Position numbers and translations under genes: made by a program. The notes under the pieces are model-generated. The model was given only the letters and a program-made list of their open reading frames with translations, was not told the origin of the DNA and searched no databases. Positions 7,409-16,157 of a stretch of 64,000 nucleotides of DNA are shown one piece after another. The stretch comes from Minisyncoccota bacterium. GTDB taxonomy: Bacteria > Patescibacteriota > Minisyncoccia > Phycocordibacterales > 21-14-all-36-13. The DNA lies in contig JBAZZJ010000001.1 of assembly GCA_041658885.1 (NCBI GenBank), forward strand, positions 14,779-78,778, written 5' to 3'. Numbering within the stretch: the first letter of the stretch is position 1; each line of letters begins with the position of its first letter.

Positions 7409-9763
7409 ATGATGAATAACACGATTGAATCAATTAAAAAACACGTTAGAGCGGGAAATTATCTTTCAGTCGCTCAAATTTACTTGCAGGATAACTTTTT
7501 TTTAGAAAGAGAATTAAGGCCAGATGATATAAAACCACGATTGCTCGGGCATTGGGGGACTTGTCCAGGAATAAATTTTGTTTATGCAAATTTAAATGCG
7601 TTGGTTAAAAAATATTCCACAGATATTTTATTTATTGTGGGGACTGGTCACGGATTTCCAGCCGTTCAATCAAATCTTTTTATAGAAGGGACTTTAGGAA
7701 AATATTATTCACAAGCTGAACAAAATGAAAAAGGTCTCGCATATATTTCAAAAAATTTTTCTTGGCCTTATGGATTTCCAAGTCACAGCAATCCAGAGAC
7801 GCCAGGAGTAATTTTGGAGGGAGGAGAGTTGGGTTATGCTCTTTCAACAGCTTACGGTTCGGTTTTAGATAATCCAGATTTAATAACATGTGCTCTTATA
7901 GGTGATGGGGAAGCAGAAACAGGGCCAACTGCAACCGCTTGGCATTTAAATAAATTTATATCTCCGAAAACAAACGGAGTTGTTTTACCCATTCTTCATC
8001 TTAACGGATACAAAATTTCAGGACCGACGGTTTTTGGGAGAATGTCAGATGAAGACCTTTTAAATCTTTTTAATGGTTATGGTTATGAACCTTTTATTGT
8101 TGATGGGTGGAATGACGAAGATGGTGTTTATGAAAAAATGTATGAAACTCTTGAAAATTGTTATAAAAAAATAAAACAAATTCAAAATCAAGCAAGGGGA
8201 GAAAAAGAAATTATCTCTCCAAGATTTCCTATGATAATTTTAAAAACACTTAAAGGTTGGACAGGTATAAAGGAATTGTATGGTCAAAAAATAGAAGGGA
8301 ATTGTTTATCGCACCAAGTTGTTGGCCCAGATGCAAAAGAAAACCCAGAAACTCTTAAAACAATTGAAAATTGGTTGAGATCTTATAAATTCACTGAATT
8401 GTTTGATAAAAAGAATGGTTTTTGTAAAGAAATAAAAGAAATAATTCCAGATAAAAAATTAAGAATGGGGGATAGCAAATATTGTATGGGAGACGGGACA
8501 GAATACAAGGCATTAAAACTTCCAGATGTAGATAAGTTTAGTGAAGATTCTTCAACCCCGGGGACAATCGGGTCAAGTTCAATGAGAAGAGCCGGTTTGT
8601 ATTTAAATGAGGTCTTTAAATTAAATGAAAAAAATAAAAATTTTCGTTTATTCTCTCCAGATGAAACATATTCAAACAAACTTGATGAAGTTTTTAAAAC
8701 TACGGCAAGAGCTTTTGTCTGGCCAACGGAAAGTTGGGATAAAGATTTAAAACAAGATGGAAGAGTCATGGAAATGTTAAGTGAGCATTCTCTGCAGGGA
8801 TTAATGCAAGGATATGTTTTGACAAAAAGACATGGAATCTTTGCTTCATATGAAGCGTTTATACAAATTGTTTCAAGTATGGCTGACCAATATGCAAAGT
8901 TTTTGAAGATAGCGAGAAAAACGAAATGGCGTGGAGATGTTTCCTCATTTAACTACATTTTAACCTCTTCTGGTTGGAGACAGGAACATAATGGTTTTTC
9001 ACATCAAAACCCTGGATTTATAGATGATATGCTTCAAAGACAGGAGGACTTTGTAAATGTATATTTCCCACCAGACGGGAATAGCACACTCGCAGTTCTT
9101 GAAAAAATGATGTCTTCAAAAAATGAAATAAATATTTTAGTTGCTGGTAAAAAAGTTGAACCAAGATGGCTCACGCCAAAACTGGCAAAAAAGGAACTAG
9201 AAGACGGAATAATGATTTGGGATTTTGCGAGTGACGAAAATCCAGATATTGTTATTGCTTCAGTGGGGGACTATCTTACAACCGAAGCCCTTGCCTCTAT
9301 CTCAATAATCAAAAAAGAATTATCTGAAGCAAAAATAAAATTTGTAAATATTATAGCAATGTCACCAACTGGAATTGGACCAACAGGAAAAATAGTTTCT
9401 CTAGAAGAATTTAATAAATATTTTACAAAAGATAAACCAGTAATTATAAATTTTCATGGTTATCCTCAATCAATAAAACAAATTCTGTTTGACTACGGAG
9501 TTGATTCAGATAGATTTTTAATCAGAGGTTATATTGAAAATGGTTCAACAACAACCCCATTTGATATGCACGTTAGAAACAAAACAGACAGATATAATTT
9601 AGCAATTGATGCATTTAGAAAATTAAGTCAAAAAGGAAATGTAGAAAAAGGAAAAGCAAACGAACTTATTAAAAAATATGAAAATAAATTGTTAGAACAC
9701 ACAGAATATATAAAAAAACATGGAGTAGACACTGATGAAATAGAAAACTGGAAATGGGAGTAA
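7409..9763 (+). CDS. xfp: Xylulose-5-P/fructose-6-P phosphoketolase
   Basis: 784 aa; GHWGTCPG and EGGELGY signatures. Confidence 0.9.
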   Translation: MMNNTIESIKKHVRAGNYLSVAQIYLQDNFFLERELRPDDIKPRLLGHWGTCPGINFVYANLNALVKKYSTDILFIVGTGHGFPAVQSNLFIEGTLGKYYSQAEQNEKGLAYISKNFSWPYGFPSHSNPETPGVILEGGELGYALSTAYGSVLDNPDLITCALIGDGEAETGPTATAWHLNKFISPKTNGVVLPILHLNGYKISGPTVFGRMSDEDLLNLFNGYGYEPFIVDGWNDEDGVYEKMYETLENCYKKIKQIQNQARGEKEIISPRFPMIILKTLKGWTGIKELYGQKIEGNCLSHQVVGPDAKENPETLKTIENWLRSYKFTELFDKKNGFCKEIKEIIPDKKLRMGDSKYCMGDGTEYKALKLPDVDKFSEDSSTPGTIGSSSMRRAGLYLNEVFKLNEKNKNFRLFSPDETYSNKLDEVFKTTARAFVWPTESWDKDLKQDGRVMEMLSEHSLQGLMQGYVLTKRHGIFASYEAFIQIVSSMADQYAKFLKIARKTKWRGDVSSFNYILTSSGWRQEHNGFSHQNPGFIDDMLQRQEDFVNVYFPPDGNSTLAVLEKMMSSKNEINILVAGKKVEPRWLTPKLAKKELEDGIMIWDFASDENPDIVIASVGDYLTTEALASISIIKKELSEAKIKFVNIIAMSPTGIGPTGKIVSLEEFNKYFTKDKPVIINFHGYPQSIKQILFDYGVDSDRFLIRGYIENGSTTTPFDMHVRNKTDRYNLAIDAFRKLSQKGNVEKGKANELIKKYENKLLEHTEYIKKHGVDTDEIENWKWE

Positions 9764-9767
9764 AAAA

Positions 9768-10958
9768 ATGAACCAAGATAAAAAAACATTAATAATAAAT
9801 ACAGGAAGTGCTTCTAAAAGACACTCGCTTTATATTGGGGACAAAAAAGTTTCAAACTCTCATTTTGAAAAATGTTGTGATAATAAATTTAGTTTTTCTT
9901 TAACAATTGGAGAAGTAAAAGAAAAAAACGAAATAACTGAAAAAGATTTTTTTAATTCAACTGAATATTATTTGAATCTTTTGAAAGGGAAAAGTATTAT
10001 AGAAAATGAAAAGGAGATAGAAACAATAGGAATTAGAATTGTAGCTCCCGGGAAATATTTTCTTGAGGATAAGGTTATAAACGAAGAATATCTAAGTGAA
10101 TTAATAAGAGTTAAAGAGGGAGCGCCTCTTCATATAAATCCGGTAATTGAAGAAATAAAATATTTATATAAAAATTTCAATGCAACAATAGTTGGTATTT
10201 CTGATAGTAAATTTCATTTAAGTATTCAAGATAGATTCAGATATTACAGCATAAAAAAAGAAGACACTGAAAAATATGATATTCATAGATACGGCTATCA
10301 TGGTATATCGGTTAGTTCAATAATCAGAAAAATGAGAGAAAATGGAGAAAAAATTCCTGAAAATTTAATTGTTTGTCATCTTGGAAGTGGGTCCAGCATT
10401 ACAGCTGTAAAAAATGAGAAAAGTTTTAATACATCAATGGGTTTCACTCCACTAGAAGGACTCACGATGAGAACAAGAGTTGGGAATATAGATTCTGGGG
10501 CATTGATATATTTAGCAAAAAAGAAGGGTTTAAATTATGATGAATTAGAAAGTTATTTAAATAACGAATGCGGTTTATTTGGCCTAAGTAAGGAAGTAGA
10601 CACAAGAAAAATTGTAAAGTTGGCCGGAGAAGGAGACAAAGGAGCAATACTTGCTCTAGATATTTATTCGGATGACATAAAAGAATTTATAGGTTCATAT
10701 TTTGCCTTGCTCGGCGGTTTGGATATGTTAATCTTTTCCGGCGCTGTTGGTGAAGGGTCAAACATAATTCGTTCAAAGATATGTTCTAATATGGAACATT
10801 TAGGAATAAAAATTAACGAGGAAAAAAATAATAATACATTAGACATTGATGGATTTATAGACGATGAAACTCTGCCGGTCAAAGTGAGAGTGATAGTAAC
10901 CGACGAAACAGACGAAATTTTTAAAAATACAAAAGAGGTTTTAAATAATGGAAAATAA
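9768..10958 (+). CDS. ackA: Acetate kinase
   Basis: NTGSAS, HRYGYHGIS and CHLGSGSSITA motifs; adjacent to phosphoketolase. Confidence 0.85.
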   Translation: MNQDKKTLIINTGSASKRHSLYIGDKKVSNSHFEKCCDNKFSFSLTIGEVKEKNEITEKDFFNSTEYYLNLLKGKSIIENEKEIETIGIRIVAPGKYFLEDKVINEEYLSELIRVKEGAPLHINPVIEEIKYLYKNFNATIVGISDSKFHLSIQDRFRYYSIKKEDTEKYDIHRYGYHGISVSSIIRKMRENGEKIPENLIVCHLGSGSSITAVKNEKSFNTSMGFTPLEGLTMRTRVGNIDSGALIYLAKKKGLNYDELESYLNNECGLFGLSKEVDTRKIVKLAGEGDKGAILALDIYSDDIKEFIGSYFALLGGLDMLIFSGAVGEGSNIIRSKICSNMEHLGIKINEEKNNNTLDIDGFIDDETLPVKVRVIVTDETDEIFKNTKEVLNNGK

Positions 10959-11445
10959 CACAAATAACACAAATAACACAAATAACACAGCGTGGAGTAA
11001 TTTTTTTACCCTAATATTAGTTTTATTCATGATATTAAGTTTTATTGGACTTGTTGATACGACTTATCTAACAATACAACATTTGGAAAACGGTAGCGTT
11101 ATATGTTTGATAATTCAAGGGTGTGATTTAGTATTAACAAGTGAATATTCAAAAATATTTGGTATTCCACTAGCTCTTTTGGGTGCCCTTTATTACTTTT
11201 TGATTTTTTCTCTTTCTGTTTTTTGTTTTAAAAAAAGAAAAGAAAATACTTTTAAATTTTTGTCTTTTTTTACAACAATAGGATTTGTTATATCTGTTTG
11301 GCTTGTTTATCTACAACTTTTTGTAATTAAATCTATTTGTAGTTATTGTATGGTTTCAGCTTTCACGTCCATTTCTTTGTTTATTTTTGGACTTATATTT
11401 TTAATAAATTTGAGAAAAAAGAATGGCAACCTTAGAAAACTTTAG
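10948..11445 (+). CDS. VKOR (vitamin K epoxide reductase) family membrane protein
   Basis: Four TM segments, loop Cys pair (VICLIIQGCD), S-x-YS, and CSYC active-site CxxC. Confidence 0.65.
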   Translation: MENNTNNTNNTNNTAWSNFFTLILVLFMILSFIGLVDTTYLTIQHLENGSVICLIIQGCDLVLTSEYSKIFGIPLALLGALYYFLIFSLSVFCFKKRKENTFKFLSFFTTIGFVISVWLVYLQLFVIKSICSYCMVSAFTSISLFIFGLIFLINLRKKNGNLRKL

Positions 11446-12097
11446 AAAAAGAAAAAACAGAGTTATTACAATAGCCAGAACTCTAAATAAAATATTTCAC
11501 GACGGAAGAGGAACTTCTTTGGGCTATAAAAATAATTGGGAATTGTTGGTCTCGGTTATTTTGTCTGCCCAATGTACGGACGAGAGAGTAAATATGGTTA
11601 CCAAAAAATTGTTCAAGAAATATAAAAAATTAGATGATTATATTAATGCCAAGAAATCAAAATTTGAAAAAGATATAAAATCTACTGGATTTTACAAAAA
11701 CAAAACAAACAATATTTTATCGGCGGCAAAAATGGTAAAAAAAGAGTTCAAGAGCAAAATCCCTGATAAGATGGAAGACTTAATAAAAATTCCGGGTGTT
11801 GGAAGAAAAACTGCCAATGTAATATTGAGTAATGTTTTTAATAAAACTGAAGGGATAGTTGTAGACACTCATGTTAGGAGGTTATCAATTAAATTTGGTC
11901 TAACTAACAACAAAAGTCCAGAAAAAATTGAGAAAGATTTGATGAATATTTTACCAAAGAAATATTGGAAAGATTTTTCTTTTAAACTTGTAAGATATGG
12001 TCAAGAAATATGTGGGGCTAGAAAGCACGATTGTAAAAATCATCCTTTAACAAAGATATATACAAAAGCAAATAAAATTTGGCCAAGGGCAAAATGA
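11423..12097 (+). CDS. nth: Endonuclease III (DNA glycosylase/AP lyase)
   Basis: HhH-GPD motif IPGVGRKTANVIL, catalytic-region conservation, C-terminal Cys residues. Confidence 0.85.
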   Translation: MATLENFRKRKNRVITIARTLNKIFHDGRGTSLGYKNNWELLVSVILSAQCTDERVNMVTKKLFKKYKKLDDYINAKKSKFEKDIKSTGFYKNKTNNILSAAKMVKKEFKSKIPDKMEDLIKIPGVGRKTANVILSNVFNKTEGIVVDTHVRRLSIKFGLTNNKSPEKIEKDLMNILPKKYWKDFSFKLVRYGQEICGARKHDCKNHPLTKIYTKANKIWPRAK

Positions 12098-12159
12098 ACG
12101 CAGATTCACCCCGCCAAAGGCGGGGTAAACGCAGATAAAAATTGCAGATTAACGCAGAT
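12097..12159 (+). repeat. AACGCAGAT x3 cluster around the minimal hairpin TCACCCCGCC-AAA-GGCGGGGTA
   Basis: AACGCAGAT at 12097, 12128 and 12151; 7-bp GC stem 12109-12115/12119-12125; overlaps the nth stop codon. Confidence 0.75.
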
Positions 12160-12419
12160 GAAATAAGTGGATATTAGGTTTCTTGTTTTTTTGTTTTGGT
12201 GTAAACTATATAGGTAATCAAAATTGTATGAAGAAATTTATAACTGACAGACCTACAAGAATCGCGTTTTTATCGGGGTTCTTTAGCGTTGTTATAACCC
12301 TATTTAATATACTATTGAAAAAATAGTCTAATTTTAAGCAATTTTGTGCTTTTAATACCTATTTTTTGATAAAAATGCCTTTTAATTTAAAAAGGACTCT
12401 TGTGGTATAATTAAACATT

Positions 12420-13178
12420 ATGATTTATTTATTTATTTTAATATTTATTATAGGTCTACTTTTTCTTTTTATAAGACAGGTAAACCAATACGAAAGAGGT
12501 GTAATGTTTGTTCTTGGTAGGTATAAAGGCATAAAACAACCAGGATGGAAGCTTGTTGTTCCGATATTCCAGAAACTAATAAGGGTAGACATAAGGATAA
12601 AAGCAGTTGATGTCCCAGAACAAAAGGCAATAACCAAAGATAACATTCCAGTTGGGGTTAATGCAGTTATTTATTACAAAGTGTCAGATGTTTCAAAGGC
12701 TATTCTGGAGGTTGAAAATTTTTTTCATGCGGTGTCTCAATTAGCCCAAACTACAATGAGGAACGTTGTTGGGGAAGTTGAATTAGACGAACTTCTCGGT
12801 CAAAGAGAAAAAGTTTCTGAAAAAATAAAAAATATAGTTAGTAAGGCAAGTGATGCATGGGGAATAAGAGTTGATGATGTTGAATTGAAAGATGTTGTTT
12901 TGCCTCCAGATATGGAAAGAATAATAGGGAAACAAGCAGAAGCAGAAAGAGAAAAAAGAGCTGTAATAATAAAAGCTGAAGGAGAAGTTATGTCTGCAAA
13001 AAATATGTCAAAAGCCGCACGAATACTCTCTGAATCTGAAGGGGCTCTTCATTTACGAACATTACAATCTATAAATGACATAAGTTCTGATAAATCAAAC
13101 ACGGTTGTTTTTGCAGTTCCCTTAGAAGTATTGAGAGCCTTTGAAAAATTTAATAAATCTGAAAATAAGGAAAAGTAA
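12420..13178 (+). CDS. SPFH/band-7 (stomatin-like) membrane protein
   Basis: N-terminal TM plus conserved SPFH core (VDIRIKAVDVPEQKAITKDN...). Confidence 0.8.
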   Translation: MIYLFILIFIIGLLFLFIRQVNQYERGVMFVLGRYKGIKQPGWKLVVPIFQKLIRVDIRIKAVDVPEQKAITKDNIPVGVNAVIYYKVSDVSKAILEVENFFHAVSQLAQTTMRNVVGEVELDELLGQREKVSEKIKNIVSKASDAWGIRVDDVELKDVVLPPDMERIIGKQAEAEREKRAVIIKAEGEVMSAKNMSKAARILSESEGALHLRTLQSINDISSDKSNTVVFAVPLEVLRAFEKFNKSENKEK

Positions 13179-13180
13179 TT

Positions 13181-13837
13181 ATGAATGATGGAATAATACT
13201 AGGAAAAGATATTTTTGAATGGCTTTTAAGTTATGGTTATCCAATACTCATTTTTCTGTCAATAGTAGATACTACTTATGTTGGATTTTTTGCTGGAATA
13301 CTTTCTTCTTGGGGCGTTTTTAATCCATTTATAATATGGGGTATATTTATTGTTGTGAGATTAATAACCGACTCAATCTTTTTTTATCTCGCAAAATCCG
13401 GCTCGTCTTTTTTAAGAAGATTTAAACTTTTTAGAAAGGTTTTGAAAAGAATAAACGAAAAAAAGAATGAAGGAGAAATAGAATGGGCGCCACTTTTTAA
13501 AGAACATATTTTTAAAACCCTCTTAATAACAAAACTAATTCCAATTCCCGGTCTTCCAGAAGTTATCATAATTGTTGGGGGAATTTTAAAAGCAAAATAT
13601 AAAAAAGTTTTTTATGGAACAGTTATTGGGCAAGGAATATGGGCGGGGCTTGTTATTTTTCTTGGGTATGAATTCGGTGGAGTTATACAAAGCGCCAAAC
13701 ATTTAATAGACGTAATAGGATTTATAACGGTCCTAATAATTATCTTATTTATTTTATATTACAAATATGCTCGTTCTCGTATTAAAAACAGAGATTGGTT
13801 CAAAGAAATTTTTAATGGTACAAAATTGGAAAAATAA
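13181..13837 (+). CDS. DedA/VTT-like integral membrane protein
   Basis: Polytopic; weak resemblance to the DedA family layout. Confidence 0.4.
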   Translation: MNDGIILGKDIFEWLLSYGYPILIFLSIVDTTYVGFFAGILSSWGVFNPFIIWGIFIVVRLITDSIFFYLAKSGSSFLRRFKLFRKVLKRINEKKNEGEIEWAPLFKEHIFKTLLITKLIPIPGLPEVIIIVGGILKAKYKKVFYGTVIGQGIWAGLVIFLGYEFGGVIQSAKHLIDVIGFITVLIIILFILYYKYARSRIKNRDWFKEIFNGTKLEK

Positions 13838-13864
13838 ATTTGAGTTGAATGTTATAATATTCTT

Positions 13865-14332
13865 ATGCAAAAAATTTTTATAGGAACAGATCACGCAGGA
13901 TTTGAACTAAAAGAAAAACTAAAACCCTTTCTTGAAGAATTAGGATATAAAGTTGTTGATAAGGGAGCTTTTATTTATGACGAGAAAGATGATTACCCAA
14001 ATTTCATTTCTCTTGTTGCAGAAGAAGTATCAAAAGACCAAAAAAATTCTAAAGGAATAATTCTTGGTGGGTCTGGGCAAGGAGAAGCGATGATATCGGA
14101 TAGATTTAGTAATGTAAGAACAGCTGTTTATTATGGTGGAAATATTGAAGTAATAAAATTATCTCGTGAACATAATGATTCAAATATTTTGTCTTTAGGA
14201 GCTAGATTTATTACAGAAGAACAAGCAAAAACAGCTGTAAAATTATGGTTAGACACAGAATTTTCTAAAGAGGAAAGGCATATTCGTAGAATAAAGGAGA
14301 TAGATTCACTTGGAAACTCGGTTTCCAAGTAA
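13865..14332 (+). CDS. rpiB: Ribose-5-phosphate isomerase B
   Basis: GTDHAGFELKE and GGSGQGEAM motifs, ~150 aa. Confidence 0.85.
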   Translation: MQKIFIGTDHAGFELKEKLKPFLEELGYKVVDKGAFIYDEKDDYPNFISLVAEEVSKDQKNSKGIILGGSGQGEAMISDRFSNVRTAVYYGGNIEVIKLSREHNDSNILSLGARFITEEQAKTAVKLWLDTEFSKEERHIRRIKEIDSLGNSVSK

Positions 14333-14354
14333 AAGTTATATTGTTAAATAAAAA

Positions 14355-15056
14355 ATGGAACCCCAAATAATTCCAGCAATAATTCCGGAAAGTTTTGAAC
14401 ACCTAAAAACAGAATTAGGGCTTGTTAAAAATTTTGTCCCGCTAGTTCAAGTTGATATCACAGATGGAATTTTTGCACCAACGATAACGTGGCCCTTCGA
14501 CTCCGCTCAGGACAAGCCTCTTTTAGACGAGCATTTTGGAAAAATGGTCAGACAAGAAGAAGGGATGCCTTTTTGGCAAGATTTAAATTTTGAAATGGAT
14601 TTAATGATACAAAATCCAGAAGAGATGATTGATAAATGGATAAACATAGGCGCAAGTGCTTTGATTATTCATATAGAAAGCACAAACGAAATAGAAAAAA
14701 TAATACAAAAAATAAAAGATATGAATATAGAGGTCGGGGTTTCTTTAAATCCAAGTACTCCAAATAGCAAACTGGATTTAATTTTAGATAAAATAAATTT
14801 TGTTCAATTTATGGGTAACGACAGAATCGGTTATCATGGAGTTGAGTTAGACGAAAGAGTGTATAAAAAAATAAAAGAATTAAGAAATAAAAATTCTCAA
14901 ATGCCAATAGCTATAGATATAGGCGTTAATGAGGAGACGGTTACACCACTTGTTAAAGCCGGAGTAACAAAACTTATTTCAGGGTCAACAATTTTAAATT
15001 CGGATAATATTAAAGAAAAAATAGATGAATTGAAAAATCTATCTTTAAATATTTAA
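14355..15056 (+). CDS. rpe: Ribulose-phosphate 3-epimerase-like TIM-barrel protein
   Basis: IIPAI...VQVDITDGIFAP resembles the Rpe N-terminal motifs; pentose-phosphate context; divergent loop carrying a GC-rich patch. Confidence 0.55.
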   Translation: MEPQIIPAIIPESFEHLKTELGLVKNFVPLVQVDITDGIFAPTITWPFDSAQDKPLLDEHFGKMVRQEEGMPFWQDLNFEMDLMIQNPEEMIDKWINIGASALIIHIESTNEIEKIIQKIKDMNIEVGVSLNPSTPNSKLDLILDKINFVQFMGNDRIGYHGVELDERVYKKIKELRNKNSQMPIAIDIGVNEETVTPLVKAGVTKLISGSTILNSDNIKEKIDELKNLSLNI

Positions 15057-15059
15057 ATT

Positions 15060-15190
15060 ATGGATCCCGTTAGAAATAAAAAGAGATAGTATATAGAAAA
15101 TAACCATCAAATATAAAAAGGTCAACAAATTAAAAATTAATTAAATAAATCGCGGAAATGCCTTCGGCAATCCCGATTTCTAACGGGATG
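15060..15190 (+). repeat. Start-codon hairpin element (family A), arms ATCCCGTTAGAAAT / ATTTCTAACGGGAT
   Basis: 14/14 inverted repeat 15064-15077 / 15176-15189, flanked by ATGGA (15060) and ATGGA (15188, the tkt start). Confidence 0.85.
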
Positions 15191-16030
15191 GAATTAAATG
15201 AGAAAAAAATATTTGAATTAAAAAAAATCGCGAAAGAGGTTCGTAAAACAATTATAAAATCTCTCGTTTCAGCTGGTTCTGGACATACTGGAGGGCCACT
15301 TGGTATGGCTGATATATTTACTGCGTTTTATTTTTATATATTAAAACATAACCCAAAGGAACCACTTTGGTCCGAAAGAGATATATTAATTTTATCAAAT
15401 GGGCACATTGTTCCTGCGAGGTATTCAGCAATGGCGCACGCTGGTTATTTTTCAGTTGAGGAGTTTGAAAATGGGTTAAGAAAATTTGGAACGGTTTTTC
15501 AAGGTCATCCAGATAGAAAATTTTTACCATCGATGGAAACTACGTCTGGTCCTTTAGGTTGTGGCCTTGGGCAGGCAAGTGGAATTGCGCTTGGAGCAAA
15601 AATGGATGGAAAAAGTTTTTATACTTATTGCATAATGTCTGACGGAGAACATCAAGAAGGAAACCTCTGGGAATCGGTTATGTTTGCCGGAAAATATAAA
15701 ATAGATAATCTAACGGGAATTATAGACAGAAATAATATTCAAATAACTGGTAACACAGAAAATATAATGCCCTTGGAATCGTTGAGAAGTAAATATGAAG
15801 CATTTAATTGGAATGTGATTGAAGTTGACGGACACGATTTTGTAAAATTTATTGAGGCAATTGAAATGGCAAAAGTTTCTCGTGGCAAACCAACAGTAAT
15901 TATTGCCCACACAATTCCGGGAAAGGGAGTAAAAGAAATTGAAAACGATTACAAATGGCACGGAATTGCACCGAATAGAGAGCAAGGTGAGAGGTTTTTA
16001 AAAGAATTAGAAGAAACCCCAGTTAAATAA
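15188..16030 (+). CDS. Transketolase, N-terminal (TPP-binding) subunit
   Basis: GHTGGPLGMADI and SDGEHQEGNLWE motifs; start moved to 15188 (MELNEKK) because the upstream 10 codons translate the repeat arm. Confidence 0.85.
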   Translation: MELNEKKIFELKKIAKEVRKTIIKSLVSAGSGHTGGPLGMADIFTAFYFYILKHNPKEPLWSERDILILSNGHIVPARYSAMAHAGYFSVEEFENGLRKFGTVFQGHPDRKFLPSMETTSGPLGCGLGQASGIALGAKMDGKSFYTYCIMSDGEHQEGNLWESVMFAGKYKIDNLTGIIDRNNIQITGNTENIMPLESLRSKYEAFNWNVIEVDGHDFVKFIEAIEMAKVSRGKPTVIIAHTIPGKGVKEIENDYKWHGIAPNREQGERFLKELEETPVK

Positions 16031-16157
16031 TTTTAAATAAAAAAGATTAGAATGTTGTATATTTGTATAAAAATGGAAATAAAAAAGATTTATATTAATA
16101 ATAAGATAATTTAAAATTAAAATTTGAGAAATACTCAAATTTTATTTAACAGGGTAA

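Noticed and set aside
12228-12326. 32-codon ORF (MKKFITDRPTRIAFLSGFFSVVITLFNILLKK) in the nth-SPFH spacer
   Set aside because: A plausible small membrane peptide, but there is no start-context or conservation evidence available from this window alone.
15158-15187. N-terminal extensions MPSAIPISNG (tkt), [10 protein letters not shown] (prfA, 22665) and MSKIIKKINESPRPPISNG (55629) in the ORF track
   Set aside because: They are translations of the 3' arm of the family A hairpin (..ATTTCTAACGGGATG). The conserved protein N-termini begin at the downstream ATG or GTG.
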